NCBI GenBank assembly: GCA_017427945.1 | Contig: JAFRRT010000021.1 | Span: 2,259-66,258 of the forward strand | DNA from: Muribaculaceae bacterium | GTDB taxonomy: Bacteria; Bacteroidota; Bacteroidia; Bacteroidales; Muribaculaceae | Length of the DNA stretch: 64,000 bases | Direction: 5' to 3' | Notes under the pieces: model-generated | Database searches by the model: none | What the model saw: the letters and a program-made list of their open reading frames with translations, nothing else | What the model was told of the DNA's origin: nothing | Shown here: in pieces, positions 56,050 through 64,000 of the stretch | How the letters are laid out: every line of letters starts with the position of its first letter | How positions within the stretch are numbered: the first letter of the stretch is position 1 | Translations under genes and position numbers: made by a program

Positions 56050-56140
56050 TGCAATCATAAAAATAACAACAAAAACTAAGTTTATAATCACAAAAAGTGG
56101 CTAAAAAATTATGATTGTAATCACAATTTATATATCTTTG
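56050..56140 (+). promoter_or_regulatory. Three 11-bp motifs phased at 33 bp plus a -7 box (TATCTTTG, 56133)
   Basis: TGCAATCATAA (56050), TATAATCACAA (56083), TGTAATCACAA (56116). Confidence 0.55.
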
Positions 56141-56160
56141 CGGCAAAAATATTGACAGTT

Positions 56161-57354
56161 ATGCAAAGATTAATCCATACTTATAACAGGCTTTTGGCTA
56201 ATGTTGATGAAACGTTTATACGTTATTTATACCCTCTGATTGACTGGAATAACCGCCTCATCGTTATCAAAGGGGCTCGAGGTGTGGGCAAAACAACCAT
56301 GCTACTTCAACATATCAAAAAGGCTTTTCCTGATGTGAAGAAAGCGCTCTATGCTTCACTTGACAACATCTGGTTTACGACCAATACTCTCATCGATTTG
56401 GCCGAATACCACTATACACACGGCGGCACTCATTTGTTCCTTGACGAAATCCATCGTTATCAGGGGTGGCAACGGGAAATCAAGAACATCTATGACTCCT
56501 ACCCTGACCTACATGTTGTCATCACTGGTTCCTCACTCTTGAAGCTGGAGGAATCCATTATTGCCGATCTGTCAAGAAGGCATCGGCAATACACGCTTAA
56601 CGGCATGTCTTTTCGTGAATATCTGCAACTTGAAGATGTTGCATCACTACCGCCGCTCTCCCTTCAGGACATTTTAGACAAACATGTCGAGATTGCAGTT
56701 CAAATCACATCAAAGACCAAAGTGCTACAGCATTTCGAAGAATATGTACATCATGGCTTCTATCCTTTCTACCGAGAAGATGAAGAAGGCTTTGAAGACC
56801 GTCTGCAACAAATCATTGATACCATCATCGAGAGCGAGATTCCTGCTGTGAGCGATATTAAGTATGATTCGGTGTATAAGGCTAAACGGCTTTTAGGAAT
56901 CCTTGCTCAGCAGTCACCCTATACGCTCAACATCGCTGCATTAAGCAACACTTTACAAGTCTCACGAGAAAATGTACTCAAATTGCTTGACTTGATGGAC
57001 AAATCGGCACTTGTGAGGAAACTATACTCTCATTCGGGTGGCATGAAGATGCTTGTCAAACCAGAAAAAATCCTCTTCGACAATTCCAATATCATGTTCG
57101 CCTTGAGCAATCATGCCGATGCGGGTACTATGCGCGAAACCCTGTTTGCTTCACAACTGAACGTTGGGCATCAACTCTACATGCCACAACAAGGAGACTT
57201 TGTAGTAGATGATGCTTTTACCTTCGAAGTCGGAGGGCGTGGCAAAGGCTACAAACAAATCCGGAACTTGGAGAACAGCTATGTTGTCCAAGACGAGATA
57301 GAGCTGGGCATTGACAACAAGATTCCTCTCTGGCTTTTTGGATGCCTCTACTAA
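56161..57354 (+). CDS. AAA_14 ATPase + DUF4143 domain protein
   Basis: Walker A GARGVGKT, Walker B LFLDEIH, ITGSS, GFYPFY, RETLF and FEVGG motifs; AT-richer codon usage than the flanks. Confidence 0.9.
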   Translation: MQRLIHTYNRLLANVDETFIRYLYPLIDWNNRLIVIKGARGVGKTTMLLQHIKKAFPDVKKALYASLDNIWFTTNTLIDLAEYHYTHGGTHLFLDEIHRYQGWQREIKNIYDSYPDLHVVITGSSLLKLEESIIADLSRRHRQYTLNGMSFREYLQLEDVASLPPLSLQDILDKHVEIAVQITSKTKVLQHFEEYVHHGFYPFYREDEEGFEDRLQQIIDTIIESEIPAVSDIKYDSVYKAKRLLGILAQQSPYTLNIAALSNTLQVSRENVLKLLDLMDKSALVRKLYSHSGGMKMLVKPEKILFDNSNIMFALSNHADAGTMRETLFASQLNVGHQLYMPQQGDFVVDDAFTFEVGGRGKGYKQIRNLENSYVVQDEIELGIDNKIPLWLFGCLY

Positions 57355-57392
57355 TTCTATTACCTGACATTATCGACAACCTATTATCATTA

Positions 57393-57472
57393 AAACAACT
57401 GAGGTTTCTGATAAATCTGGTTTCAGACCATTCAGAAGCCTCAGTTGTTTTATTAAGTGCGGATGCCTAAAT
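57393..57472 (+). repeat. 80-bp direct repeat, copy 2
   Basis: Base-for-base identical to 55955-56034. Confidence 0.95.
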
Positions 57473-57503
57473 TCGTATAATTAGCGAAATTCGTAGTTTC
57501 GAA

Positions 57504-58910
57504 TTATTTGTAGAGAATGTAAGCGGTCATGGGGGCGAGGGTGGCCTTGAGGACGCCTTTCTTTACCTGCAGGCGTTGCTTGGTCACCGCGTCATGATAT
57601 TTGCCGTTGCTCAGGGTGACGGGGATGGCCACCTGAGCGGCCTGCTCGTCGAGGTTGATGACCACGGCGGCCTTGGCGCCACGCTCGACGATAATCTGCT
57701 TGCCGTTGTCGCTATAGATGATGTTCTCGGGCTGGTTGATGGTGCGGTGGCGGAACTCGTTGACGGCACGCACCACAGGGTGCTTGAACTCGTCGTTGCC
57801 CACCTTACCGATCTCGTTGTCGCCCCAATAGTTCTCGCGGGTGCTGCCGTGAGGACGGGAGTAGAACAAGGGCGTGCCATACTTGCGGGCAGTCAGGAAG
57901 ACCCATCCCAGGCGGATGAGCTCGTCGCTCATGCCTGCCGAGGCGTGGTCGTTGCAATAGGTGTCGTGCGACTCCACCCAGGTCACCAGGTGGGCGGGAT
58001 CGACAGAATGGTGCCAGGTGAGGAGGTTATCGGCACGGGCATCGTGCTTATTGAGCACGTTGCGCAGCACCCAGCCATAGTTGCTGGCGGTCAAGTCCAT
58101 ATACTCGGCATAGCCCTGCTCGGGCACATTGCGGTCCTGCAACACCTCGCCATAGATGAAGAGCTGTTCACGGGGAACGGCCAACCAGAGACCCTTGACG
58201 GGTTTGCGGCCCATGGCGACGTCCCAGAAGTCATTCTCGGGCGACTTGGGGTCACGCATCTCGTTGGGCAGACCGATGTGCTTGGCCGTGTCGTAGCGGA
58301 AGCCACTGGCGCCGCAAGCCAGCACGTCGTTGACAAACTGCATGTAGTAATACTGGAAGTCGGGGTTCTCGGTATTGACGTCGGGCAGGGTGCCCATCTC
58401 ACCGGTCGTGCACTGGTAGCGGTCGCTGTAGTCTTTAATGGGCCACAGGCCGTTGGCGTGGAAGAGGTTCTCGCGGCCATGCACGGCGCTGTCGAGGCGC
58501 GCGTTAATCTGCGTGCGGTCAATCACCGTGTGGTTGGGCAGCACATCGACAATGACACGCAGCCCCAGGCGGGTGGCCTCGGCACACATCGCCTTGAACT
58601 CGTCGCGGGTGCCTAACTGATAGTTGCCGATGGTCCAGTCCGTCGGCTGGTAGTGGTAGTACCACTTGCCATTGCCGAACAACTGGCGGCCGCCGTTCTC
58701 GCCCACGACGCACTCGTTGATGGGAGACGTCTGCACAATCGTGAAGCCTGCATCCTTGATTTCGGGCAGATGCTCCTTGATGGTGTTGAACGACCACGAC
58801 CAGGCGTGGAGAATAATCTCGTTGTTTCCTTGACCGGAATCTGCGGCCGATGCCAGACCTGACATCAAACCAATGACAGCAACAAGGGCTGTAGAAATAA
58901 ACTTTCTCAT
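57504..58910 (-). CDS. Secreted alpha-amylase (GH13)
   Basis: ILHAWSW, VQTSP, VDVLPNH, GFRYDTAKH, YGEVLQ and WVESHD motifs. ATG 58910 chosen as start. Confidence 0.92.
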   Translation of the reverse strand: MRKFISTALVAVIGLMSGLASAADSGQGNNEIILHAWSWSFNTIKEHLPEIKDAGFTIVQTSPINECVVGENGGRQLFGNGKWYYHYQPTDWTIGNYQLGTRDEFKAMCAEATRLGLRVIVDVLPNHTVIDRTQINARLDSAVHGRENLFHANGLWPIKDYSDRYQCTTGEMGTLPDVNTENPDFQYYYMQFVNDVLACGASGFRYDTAKHIGLPNEMRDPKSPENDFWDVAMGRKPVKGLWLAVPREQLFIYGEVLQDRNVPEQGYAEYMDLTASNYGWVLRNVLNKHDARADNLLTWHHSVDPAHLVTWVESHDTYCNDHASAGMSDELIRLGWVFLTARKYGTPLFYSRPHGSTRENYWGDNEIGKVGNDEFKHPVVRAVNEFRHRTINQPENIIYSDNGKQIIVERGAKAAVVINLDEQAAQVAIPVTLSNGKYHDAVTKQRLQVKKGVLKATLAPMTAYILYK

Positions 58911-59165
58911 ATATACTATACTTTTGTTTTTAATAATCAGCGAGAAACAAGCACTCAAGTGCCCGCCTATCAAGTGCAAAAGTAATAAAAACTCTGAGCC
59001 ACCACAAGACAACAAACGTTATTATTTGCATTTTTACCGTCAAACGTAACCTGTCAATACCTTTTAACGTATTTTTTAGTGCAGTAATGTAAAAATGCAC
59101 TATCTTTGTGGCAGATAAACCAATACATTCAATTTTACTAACCTATAAGTCATTAACTAGTTACA

Positions 59166-60626
59166 ATGAACGAAATTGAAAAACTGAAACCGACGTGCAT
59201 CTGGCGCAACTTCTATGCGCTGACGCAAATCCCCCGTCCCTCGGGACATGTTGAGAAAATCCAGCAGTACCTGCTCGACTTCGCCAAGAAGGTGGGTGTG
59301 GAGGCCTTCCAGGATCCCGCTGGCAACATCGTGATGCGTAAGCCCGCGACTCCCGGTATGGAGAACCGCAAGTGCATCACCATGCAGGCCCACATGGACA
59401 TGGTGCCGCAAAAGACGCCCGAGTCGAAGCACGACTTCGAAAAAGACCCCATCCAGCCATACATCGACGGCGAGTGGGTAAAGGCAAAAGGCACCACGCT
59501 GGGTGCTGACGACGGTCTGGGCGTGGCAGCCATCATGGCAGTCATGGAGGACAAGAAACTCAAGCATGGTCCCATCGAGGGCCTCATCACCAAGGATGAG
59601 GAGACAGGCATGTATGGCGCCAATGACCTGCCCAAGGGTCAGATGAAGGGCGACATCCTGTTCAACCTCGACAGCGAGACCTGGGGCAAGTTCGTCATCG
59701 GCAGTGCCGGCGGTATCGACGTTACCTGCACCCGCAACTATAACGAGGTGAAGACAGCCAGCGGCGACACCGCCGTGCGCATCACCCTCAAGGGCCTGAA
59801 GGGCGGCCACAGCGGCCTCGAGATTCATGAGGGCCGTGCCAACGCCAACAAGCTGATGGCCCGCCTCGTGCAACTTGCCATCGTGGACCACAAGGCCCGC
59901 CTGGTGAGCTGGCATGGCGGCAACATGCGCAATGCCATCCCCTTCAAGGCCGAGACCGTGCTCGTTGTTCCCAAGGACAACATCAAGGGTATGAAGAAAC
60001 TCGTCAAGACGATGAAAGCCGAGTTCGAGAGCCAGTTCAAACTTATCGAGGACAAAGTTGACCTGACGCTCAAGGAAATCGACCGTCCCAAGATGAAGAT
60101 GGCGCTCGACGACCAGACGACCATTCTGCGCGCCCTCTACGCTTGCCATGACGGCGTGGTTCGTTTCATTCCCGCCTATCCCAACGTAGTTGAGACTTCA
60201 TCTAACCTCGCCATCATCGACATCGAGGACGGAAAGGCTGCCGTGCAGATTCTTGCCCGCTCGGCCCGCGAGGACATGAAGGACTACATCGTGAAGATGT
60301 TGAAGACCTGCTTCCACCTCGCCGACTTCAAGGTAGAGACCGGCGGTGACTACATTGGCTGGGATCCCAACCCCGACAGCGAGGCCCTGCACATGCTGCT
60401 CGACCTGTACAAAAAGCTGTTCAAGGAGGAAGGCATCGTGCAAGTTGACCATGCCGGTCTGGAGTGCTCCATCATCCTGGGCAAGTATCCGCACATGGAC
60501 GTGGTGAGCTTCGGTCCCACCCTGCGCAGCCCACACACCACCATCGAGCGCGCTTACATTCCCGCAGCAGAGCCCTTCTGGAAACTGCTCGTCAAGGCAC
60601 TCGAAGAAGCACCCGTCAAGAAGTAA
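59166..60626 (+). CDS. pepD: Aminoacyl-histidine dipeptidase (M20C)
   Basis: IPRPSGH, QAHMDMV, TTLGADDGLG, DEETGM, LDSE, GGHSG, HAGLEC and SFGPT motifs; -7 box at 59101. Confidence 0.94.
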   Translation: MNEIEKLKPTCIWRNFYALTQIPRPSGHVEKIQQYLLDFAKKVGVEAFQDPAGNIVMRKPATPGMENRKCITMQAHMDMVPQKTPESKHDFEKDPIQPYIDGEWVKAKGTTLGADDGLGVAAIMAVMEDKKLKHGPIEGLITKDEETGMYGANDLPKGQMKGDILFNLDSETWGKFVIGSAGGIDVTCTRNYNEVKTASGDTAVRITLKGLKGGHSGLEIHEGRANANKLMARLVQLAIVDHKARLVSWHGGNMRNAIPFKAETVLVVPKDNIKGMKKLVKTMKAEFESQFKLIEDKVDLTLKEIDRPKMKMALDDQTTILRALYACHDGVVRFIPAYPNVVETSSNLAIIDIEDGKAAVQILARSAREDMKDYIVKMLKTCFHLADFKVETGGDYIGWDPNPDSEALHMLLDLYKKLFKEEGIVQVDHAGLECSIILGKYPHMDVVSFGPTLRSPHTTIERAYIPAAEPFWKLLVKALEEAPVKK

Positions 60627-60646
60627 TAATTTCAGCTCTTAGTAAT

Positions 60647-60682
60647 AATACCGCAGGATGTATCACAGCACCCTGCGGTATT
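60647..60682. terminator. Hairpin between the convergent pepD and HTH genes
   Basis: AATACCGCAGG...CCTGCGGTATT. Confidence 0.75.
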
Positions 60683-60731
60683 TTATATAATTAAAAAATG
60701 AAGCTATAGTCTGTAAAAGACTCAATCCTGT

Positions 60732-60941
60732 TTACTCATCGTCGGGGCGGTATTCCAGGATGTCGCCGGGGGCACAGTCGAGGACGCGGCAGATGGTGTC
60801 GAGGGTAGAGAAACGGACCGCTTTGGCTTTGCCGGTCTTCAGGATCGAGAGGTTGGCCACGGTGATTCCCACGCGCTCGCTCAGTTCGTTAAGCGACATC
60901 TTGCGACGCGCCATCATCACATCAAGATTCACGATAATCAT
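60732..60941 (-). CDS. Cro/C1-type (YozG-like) HTH regulator
   Basis: NLDVMMARRKMSLNELSERVGITVANLSILKTGKAKAVRFSTL...PGDILEY. Confidence 0.92.
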   Translation of the reverse strand: MIIVNLDVMMARRKMSLNELSERVGITVANLSILKTGKAKAVRFSTLDTICRVLDCAPGDILEYRPDDE

Positions 60942-60954
60942 AGCGCAACGGGAT

Positions 60955-61443
60955 TTAAATGGTTAACTTCTGTTCCTCAGCAGCATCATAACCCAACTTA
61001 TATAGCAAGGCGACAAGTGCCGCCACGACTCCTCCAACTAAGGTATTGACTGACAACAAAATACGCCAGTCAGATATGTCGACGCCACTGAACACATATA
61101 CCATATTGTCACCCAACAACGAATAAATGGGAAACACAATGGCCAATGTCCATAACAGTTTCACGTTCTTGCGATTGAAAATGGCACCTCTCTTGAGATG
61201 GTTGAGTGTATTCTTCATAAACGCGACAAGCAAGCCAGCGATAACAAGAGCTAAAAGGCATCTGAATATAAATAATGCCACTCTAAGCTCTATTTGGGGC
61301 GCACTCCAATTTATCACACCAGACCCGCTGCCATCGGTAAAGACGAAATAGGCATATCGTGCTAAGACTACCATCCACACAATCACACATATAATCGCAA
61401 TAATGCACACTGCTTTCAATACTTTGTTTGAAGTCTTTTCCAT
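60955..61443 (-). CDS. DUF2975-family membrane protein
   Basis: IFNRKNVKLL segment and C-terminal EEQKLTI; canonical pairing with the HTH gene. ATG 61443 chosen as start. Confidence 0.85.
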   Translation of the reverse strand: MEKTSNKVLKAVCIIAIICVIVWMVVLARYAYFVFTDGSGSGVINWSAPQIELRVALFIFRCLLALVIAGLLVAFMKNTLNHLKRGAIFNRKNVKLLWTLAIVFPIYSLLGDNMVYVFSGVDISDWRILLSVNTLVGGVVAALVALLYKLGYDAAEEQKLTI

Positions 61444-61579
61444 AATGAATAAATAATATTGAGTTGAATTCCGCTGCAAAGATATATCAATTTATCGAAA
61501 AACAATAAATATATCATGATATTTAAGAAATTTTAATCCTTTTGCGAAAAAACCATGATAGCAAGTATTATAAAAAAAC

Positions 61580-61614
61580 AGCGGTTGATTTGCCGCAAAG
61601 GTAAATCAACCGCT
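61580..61614 (-). terminator. Terminator for the minus-strand gene 61641-62201
   Basis: AGCGGTTGATTT...AAATCAACCGCT with an A-run on the left (T-run on the minus strand). Confidence 0.7.
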
Positions 61615-61640
61615 ATGCCTTGAAAAGACGGGGAATGAGG

Positions 61641-62201
61641 TTACTCTTCCCCGATGAGTTCTTGCAGACGACGGGTAATATCCTCATCACTGGGACCTAC
61701 TAAATATTTACCACGTATTAATCTGGAAACATACAATGTAGCGGCGGCTAAGCTGATGATCCAGGTAATCACTTTCATTGTAATACCCAAATTAGGGGAC
61801 AATGTGAAATAAGCAAAAAACCACCCGGTAAATATCAGACTTCCTATCGTCAAGATGATACTTTTGTCTTTAACGTACTTTTTGAACTTGTTCAATAGCT
61901 GTTCTGGAGTGCCGAGACCGTCGATGGTTTTTAAAAAGCTGTAAGATTTTAGAGCCCACCAGCCTGAAATAAGGGCCTCTAAAAATATCGTCAAGAGGAG
62001 AACAAAATGTTCTTTACCATGTGCCGAATAATGAATCTCTGGATGAAGCTCGACATATATTGCAATTGTCACCATTATCAGGAAAAGTATCAAGGAAACC
62101 AACCCAACCCAGAAATCAGTTTTCGCTTTTTTCTTGCACTTGTCTTTGATAACATCCAGCCATTCTTCTTTGTTAATCAAGTATAAATCTTCCAGTTTCA
62201 T
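61641..62201 (-). CDS. Hypothetical AT-rich 4-TM membrane protein
   Basis: Hydrophobic pairs; ends ITRRLQELIGEE. ATG 62201 chosen as start. Confidence 0.65.
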   Translation of the reverse strand: MKLEDLYLINKEEWLDVIKDKCKKKAKTDFWVGLVSLILFLIMVTIAIYVELHPEIHYSAHGKEHFVLLLTIFLEALISGWWALKSYSFLKTIDGLGTPEQLLNKFKKYVKDKSIILTIGSLIFTGWFFAYFTLSPNLGITMKVITWIISLAAATLYVSRLIRGKYLVGPSDEDITRRLQELIGEE

Positions 62202-62341
62202 AATGATACGCTTTAATTGTTGGTCACAAAAAAAATTATTATGCAAAGGTTGCGATTTTTTCGCTAAACATTCATATTCTTTTGGTTTTGGTGATTGAGT
62301 GTTCATGAGGCGCTGCCTTTTCCTACTCTATTCTCCCGCGT

Positions 62342-63991
62342 TTACAGCGACTTGATATTAGAGCTATCGGGCATCAGGTAACGGGTACCGGTGTCCTTGC
62401 TGATCTGCTCACGGAACTGCTGGTCATAGCCAGGTGTAGTATAGCGTCCCGGAACGACTTTACCATCCTCTGAAGGCTTCATGATCTGGTCGTTGTGCTT
62501 AACGGCTATGAGGCGGAAGAGTTTGTCCCAACGCTGCATCATCTGGGCGGTGTAGGCAGCACTCTTGCTAGTGAGGTAGCTGACGCGCTCACCCTTGGTG
62601 AGCGGCTCTATGTCTTTCAACACCTGTGCCTGATCGGCAGCGTAGAAGTCCTCCAACTCCTTTTGCGCCTCACGCAGATCGCCTATCATGGCGCTGTAGC
62701 GCGGATAAATCATGTTGGCCACCAGATTGTTCATCCAAAAAGCGCTGCGCTCGCTGAACTCGTTGCTCACGTTGTTCTCACGGCGGAAGGCTTCGGGGAC
62801 ATCATTCACGCAGCAATACACAGGCACGTAGGCGATCATGTTGGCATCATCGCAGTTAAAATACATGATGCCTCCCACCTCGTCAGGTAACCAGCTGCGA
62901 AGTTGTGATACCAGCGTGAAACCCGACTGTGGGGTGCCGATGGCACGCTCGCGGAAATAGTTCTTTCCATCGACGTCCCAGTTCATGGGCAGGGGACGGT
63001 AAGGTGAGCTCCAAGGTCCTGCGCTCATGTCGGCTGTCATGTCGAGCGGAGTGCCCTCGTAATGGTCACGCATGTCGTTCATGATGTCACGCACCGACAA
63101 CTTGCGGTCGGGCTTGATGTAGAGCGGCAGATGGTCGCACAGGTCATGCTGACCGTTGATGTAGGGCAGGTACTTGTCCATCTCGGCCTTGTCGTAGTGG
63201 TGGCGGAAGAAACTCCACACACGGGCATCGGCATAGCGCACCGAGGAGAAGGAGATGGGACAATAGGCATCGCGGAAGCTGAAGTCAGCATCCTTGCCAC
63301 TGAAATAGCCCTTCTCACGTGCAAAGGAAATCACGTCCTTGGAATACAGGCAGTTCTTGGGGTCCTTCAACGGGAACTGGCGTATGCGGCAGAGATTGGC
63401 ATGGGCACAGATGCAGTCGTCAGGGATGCGAACGGCTACCCACACGGCACCTTTCACGCCCGGACCCTTGCCCACGATTTCGAGAATCCAAGCCTCGTTC
63501 TTGTCGCACACGGTGATAGACTCTCCCGTGCTGCAGTAACCGTAATCCCGCACGAGGTCGGTCATGATGATGATGGCCTCACGTGCCGTTGCAGCACGCT
63601 CCAGTCCCAGATGCATCATGGTGAAATAGTCGAGCAACCCTTCAGGATTCTGCAACTCCAGGCGGCCGTCGAAGGTGGTTTCCACGATGCTCACCTGCTT
63701 CTCATTGATAAAGCCGATGACGTCATAAGTGTATTCCGCTTGAGGAATATAACCTCTTACAGGTCCCCTGCCCCACTCACGGATGGCAATCTTCTCGTCT
63801 TTCTCATGCCTGCCGCCTGGGGTGCGCGACAGCGAGCCGGCGAAGCCATAGCCATCACAATTATAGGTACAAATCACGGAGCCATCTACCGAAGCAGCCT
63901 TACCAACGATGAGGTTTGTACATGCCCACGACTGAGGGACTGCCAGCGCCAACGTCGCCACGAGGAAGGAAAGAAATCGTTTCGTTTTCAT
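62342..63991 (-). CDS. C69-family dipeptidase
   Basis: Signal peptide followed by A-CTNLIV (N-terminal nucleophile Cys); INEKQVSIVETT and AHAN motifs. Confidence 0.92.
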   Translation of the reverse strand: MKTKRFLSFLVATLALAVPQSWACTNLIVGKAASVDGSVICTYNCDGYGFAGSLSRTPGGRHEKDEKIAIREWGRGPVRGYIPQAEYTYDVIGFINEKQVSIVETTFDGRLELQNPEGLLDYFTMMHLGLERAATAREAIIIMTDLVRDYGYCSTGESITVCDKNEAWILEIVGKGPGVKGAVWVAVRIPDDCICAHANLCRIRQFPLKDPKNCLYSKDVISFAREKGYFSGKDADFSFRDAYCPISFSSVRYADARVWSFFRHHYDKAEMDKYLPYINGQHDLCDHLPLYIKPDRKLSVRDIMNDMRDHYEGTPLDMTADMSAGPWSSPYRPLPMNWDVDGKNYFRERAIGTPQSGFTLVSQLRSWLPDEVGGIMYFNCDDANMIAYVPVYCCVNDVPEAFRRENNVSNEFSERSAFWMNNLVANMIYPRYSAMIGDLREAQKELEDFYAADQAQVLKDIEPLTKGERVSYLTSKSAAYTAQMMQRWDKLFRLIAVKHNDQIMKPSEDGKVVPGRYTTPGYDQQFREQISKDTGTRYLMPDSSNIKSL

Positions 63992-64000
63992 ATCATGTCA

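Noticed and set aside
55955-57472. Composite transposon, IS or true integron
   Set aside because: No transposase or integrase is encoded. The repeats are only 80 bp and lack a clear attC RYYYAAC/GTTRRRY core, so only a cassette-like analogy is kept.
60732-61443. HTH + membrane protein as a toxin-antitoxin pair
   Set aside because: It matches the common DUF2975 + YozG-like regulator pair and has no toxin motif.

Overview
This is a chromosomal window from a Bacteroidales bacterium. The evidence is Bacteroidetes-type TAnnTTTG -7 promoter boxes, a bat operon and the coaX-OMP-lptC-hlyC gene order; the dockerin-tagged enzymes suggest a Muribaculaceae-like or rumen lineage (inference). Most of it is housekeeping DNA: trmD, ftsB-like, coaX, lptC, asnC-like, manC, ssb, argR/argC-like, trkH/trkA, moxR-DUF58-batABCDE, Na/Pi transporter, deoC, MATE, pepD, peptidases, GH125/GH33/GH13 hydrolases, tRNA-Asp(GTC) and tRNA-Met(CAT). 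The standout locus is a co-directional 8.3 kb cluster (1744-10010). It encodes a vWA-like lipoprotein, a small membrane protein, a divergent FtsZ/tubulin-family protein, a 1147-aa protein with a C-terminal actin/Hsp70-fold ATPase, and a membrane-anchored coiled-coil protein. Other notable observations: (i) a four-helix-bundle gene framed by inverted heptamer arrays, with gene-less ('empty') heptamer palindromes at other gene junctions; (ii) an AAA_14/DUF4143 ATPase gene framed by two identical 80-bp hairpin direct repeats, with three 33-bp-phased motifs upstream; (iii) an ArgC homologue whose catalytic motifs have decayed; (iv) an orphan phage-like gene pair. No CRISPR array, integrase, transposase or rRNA was seen. 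All family assignments come from reading motifs by eye; no database search was run.
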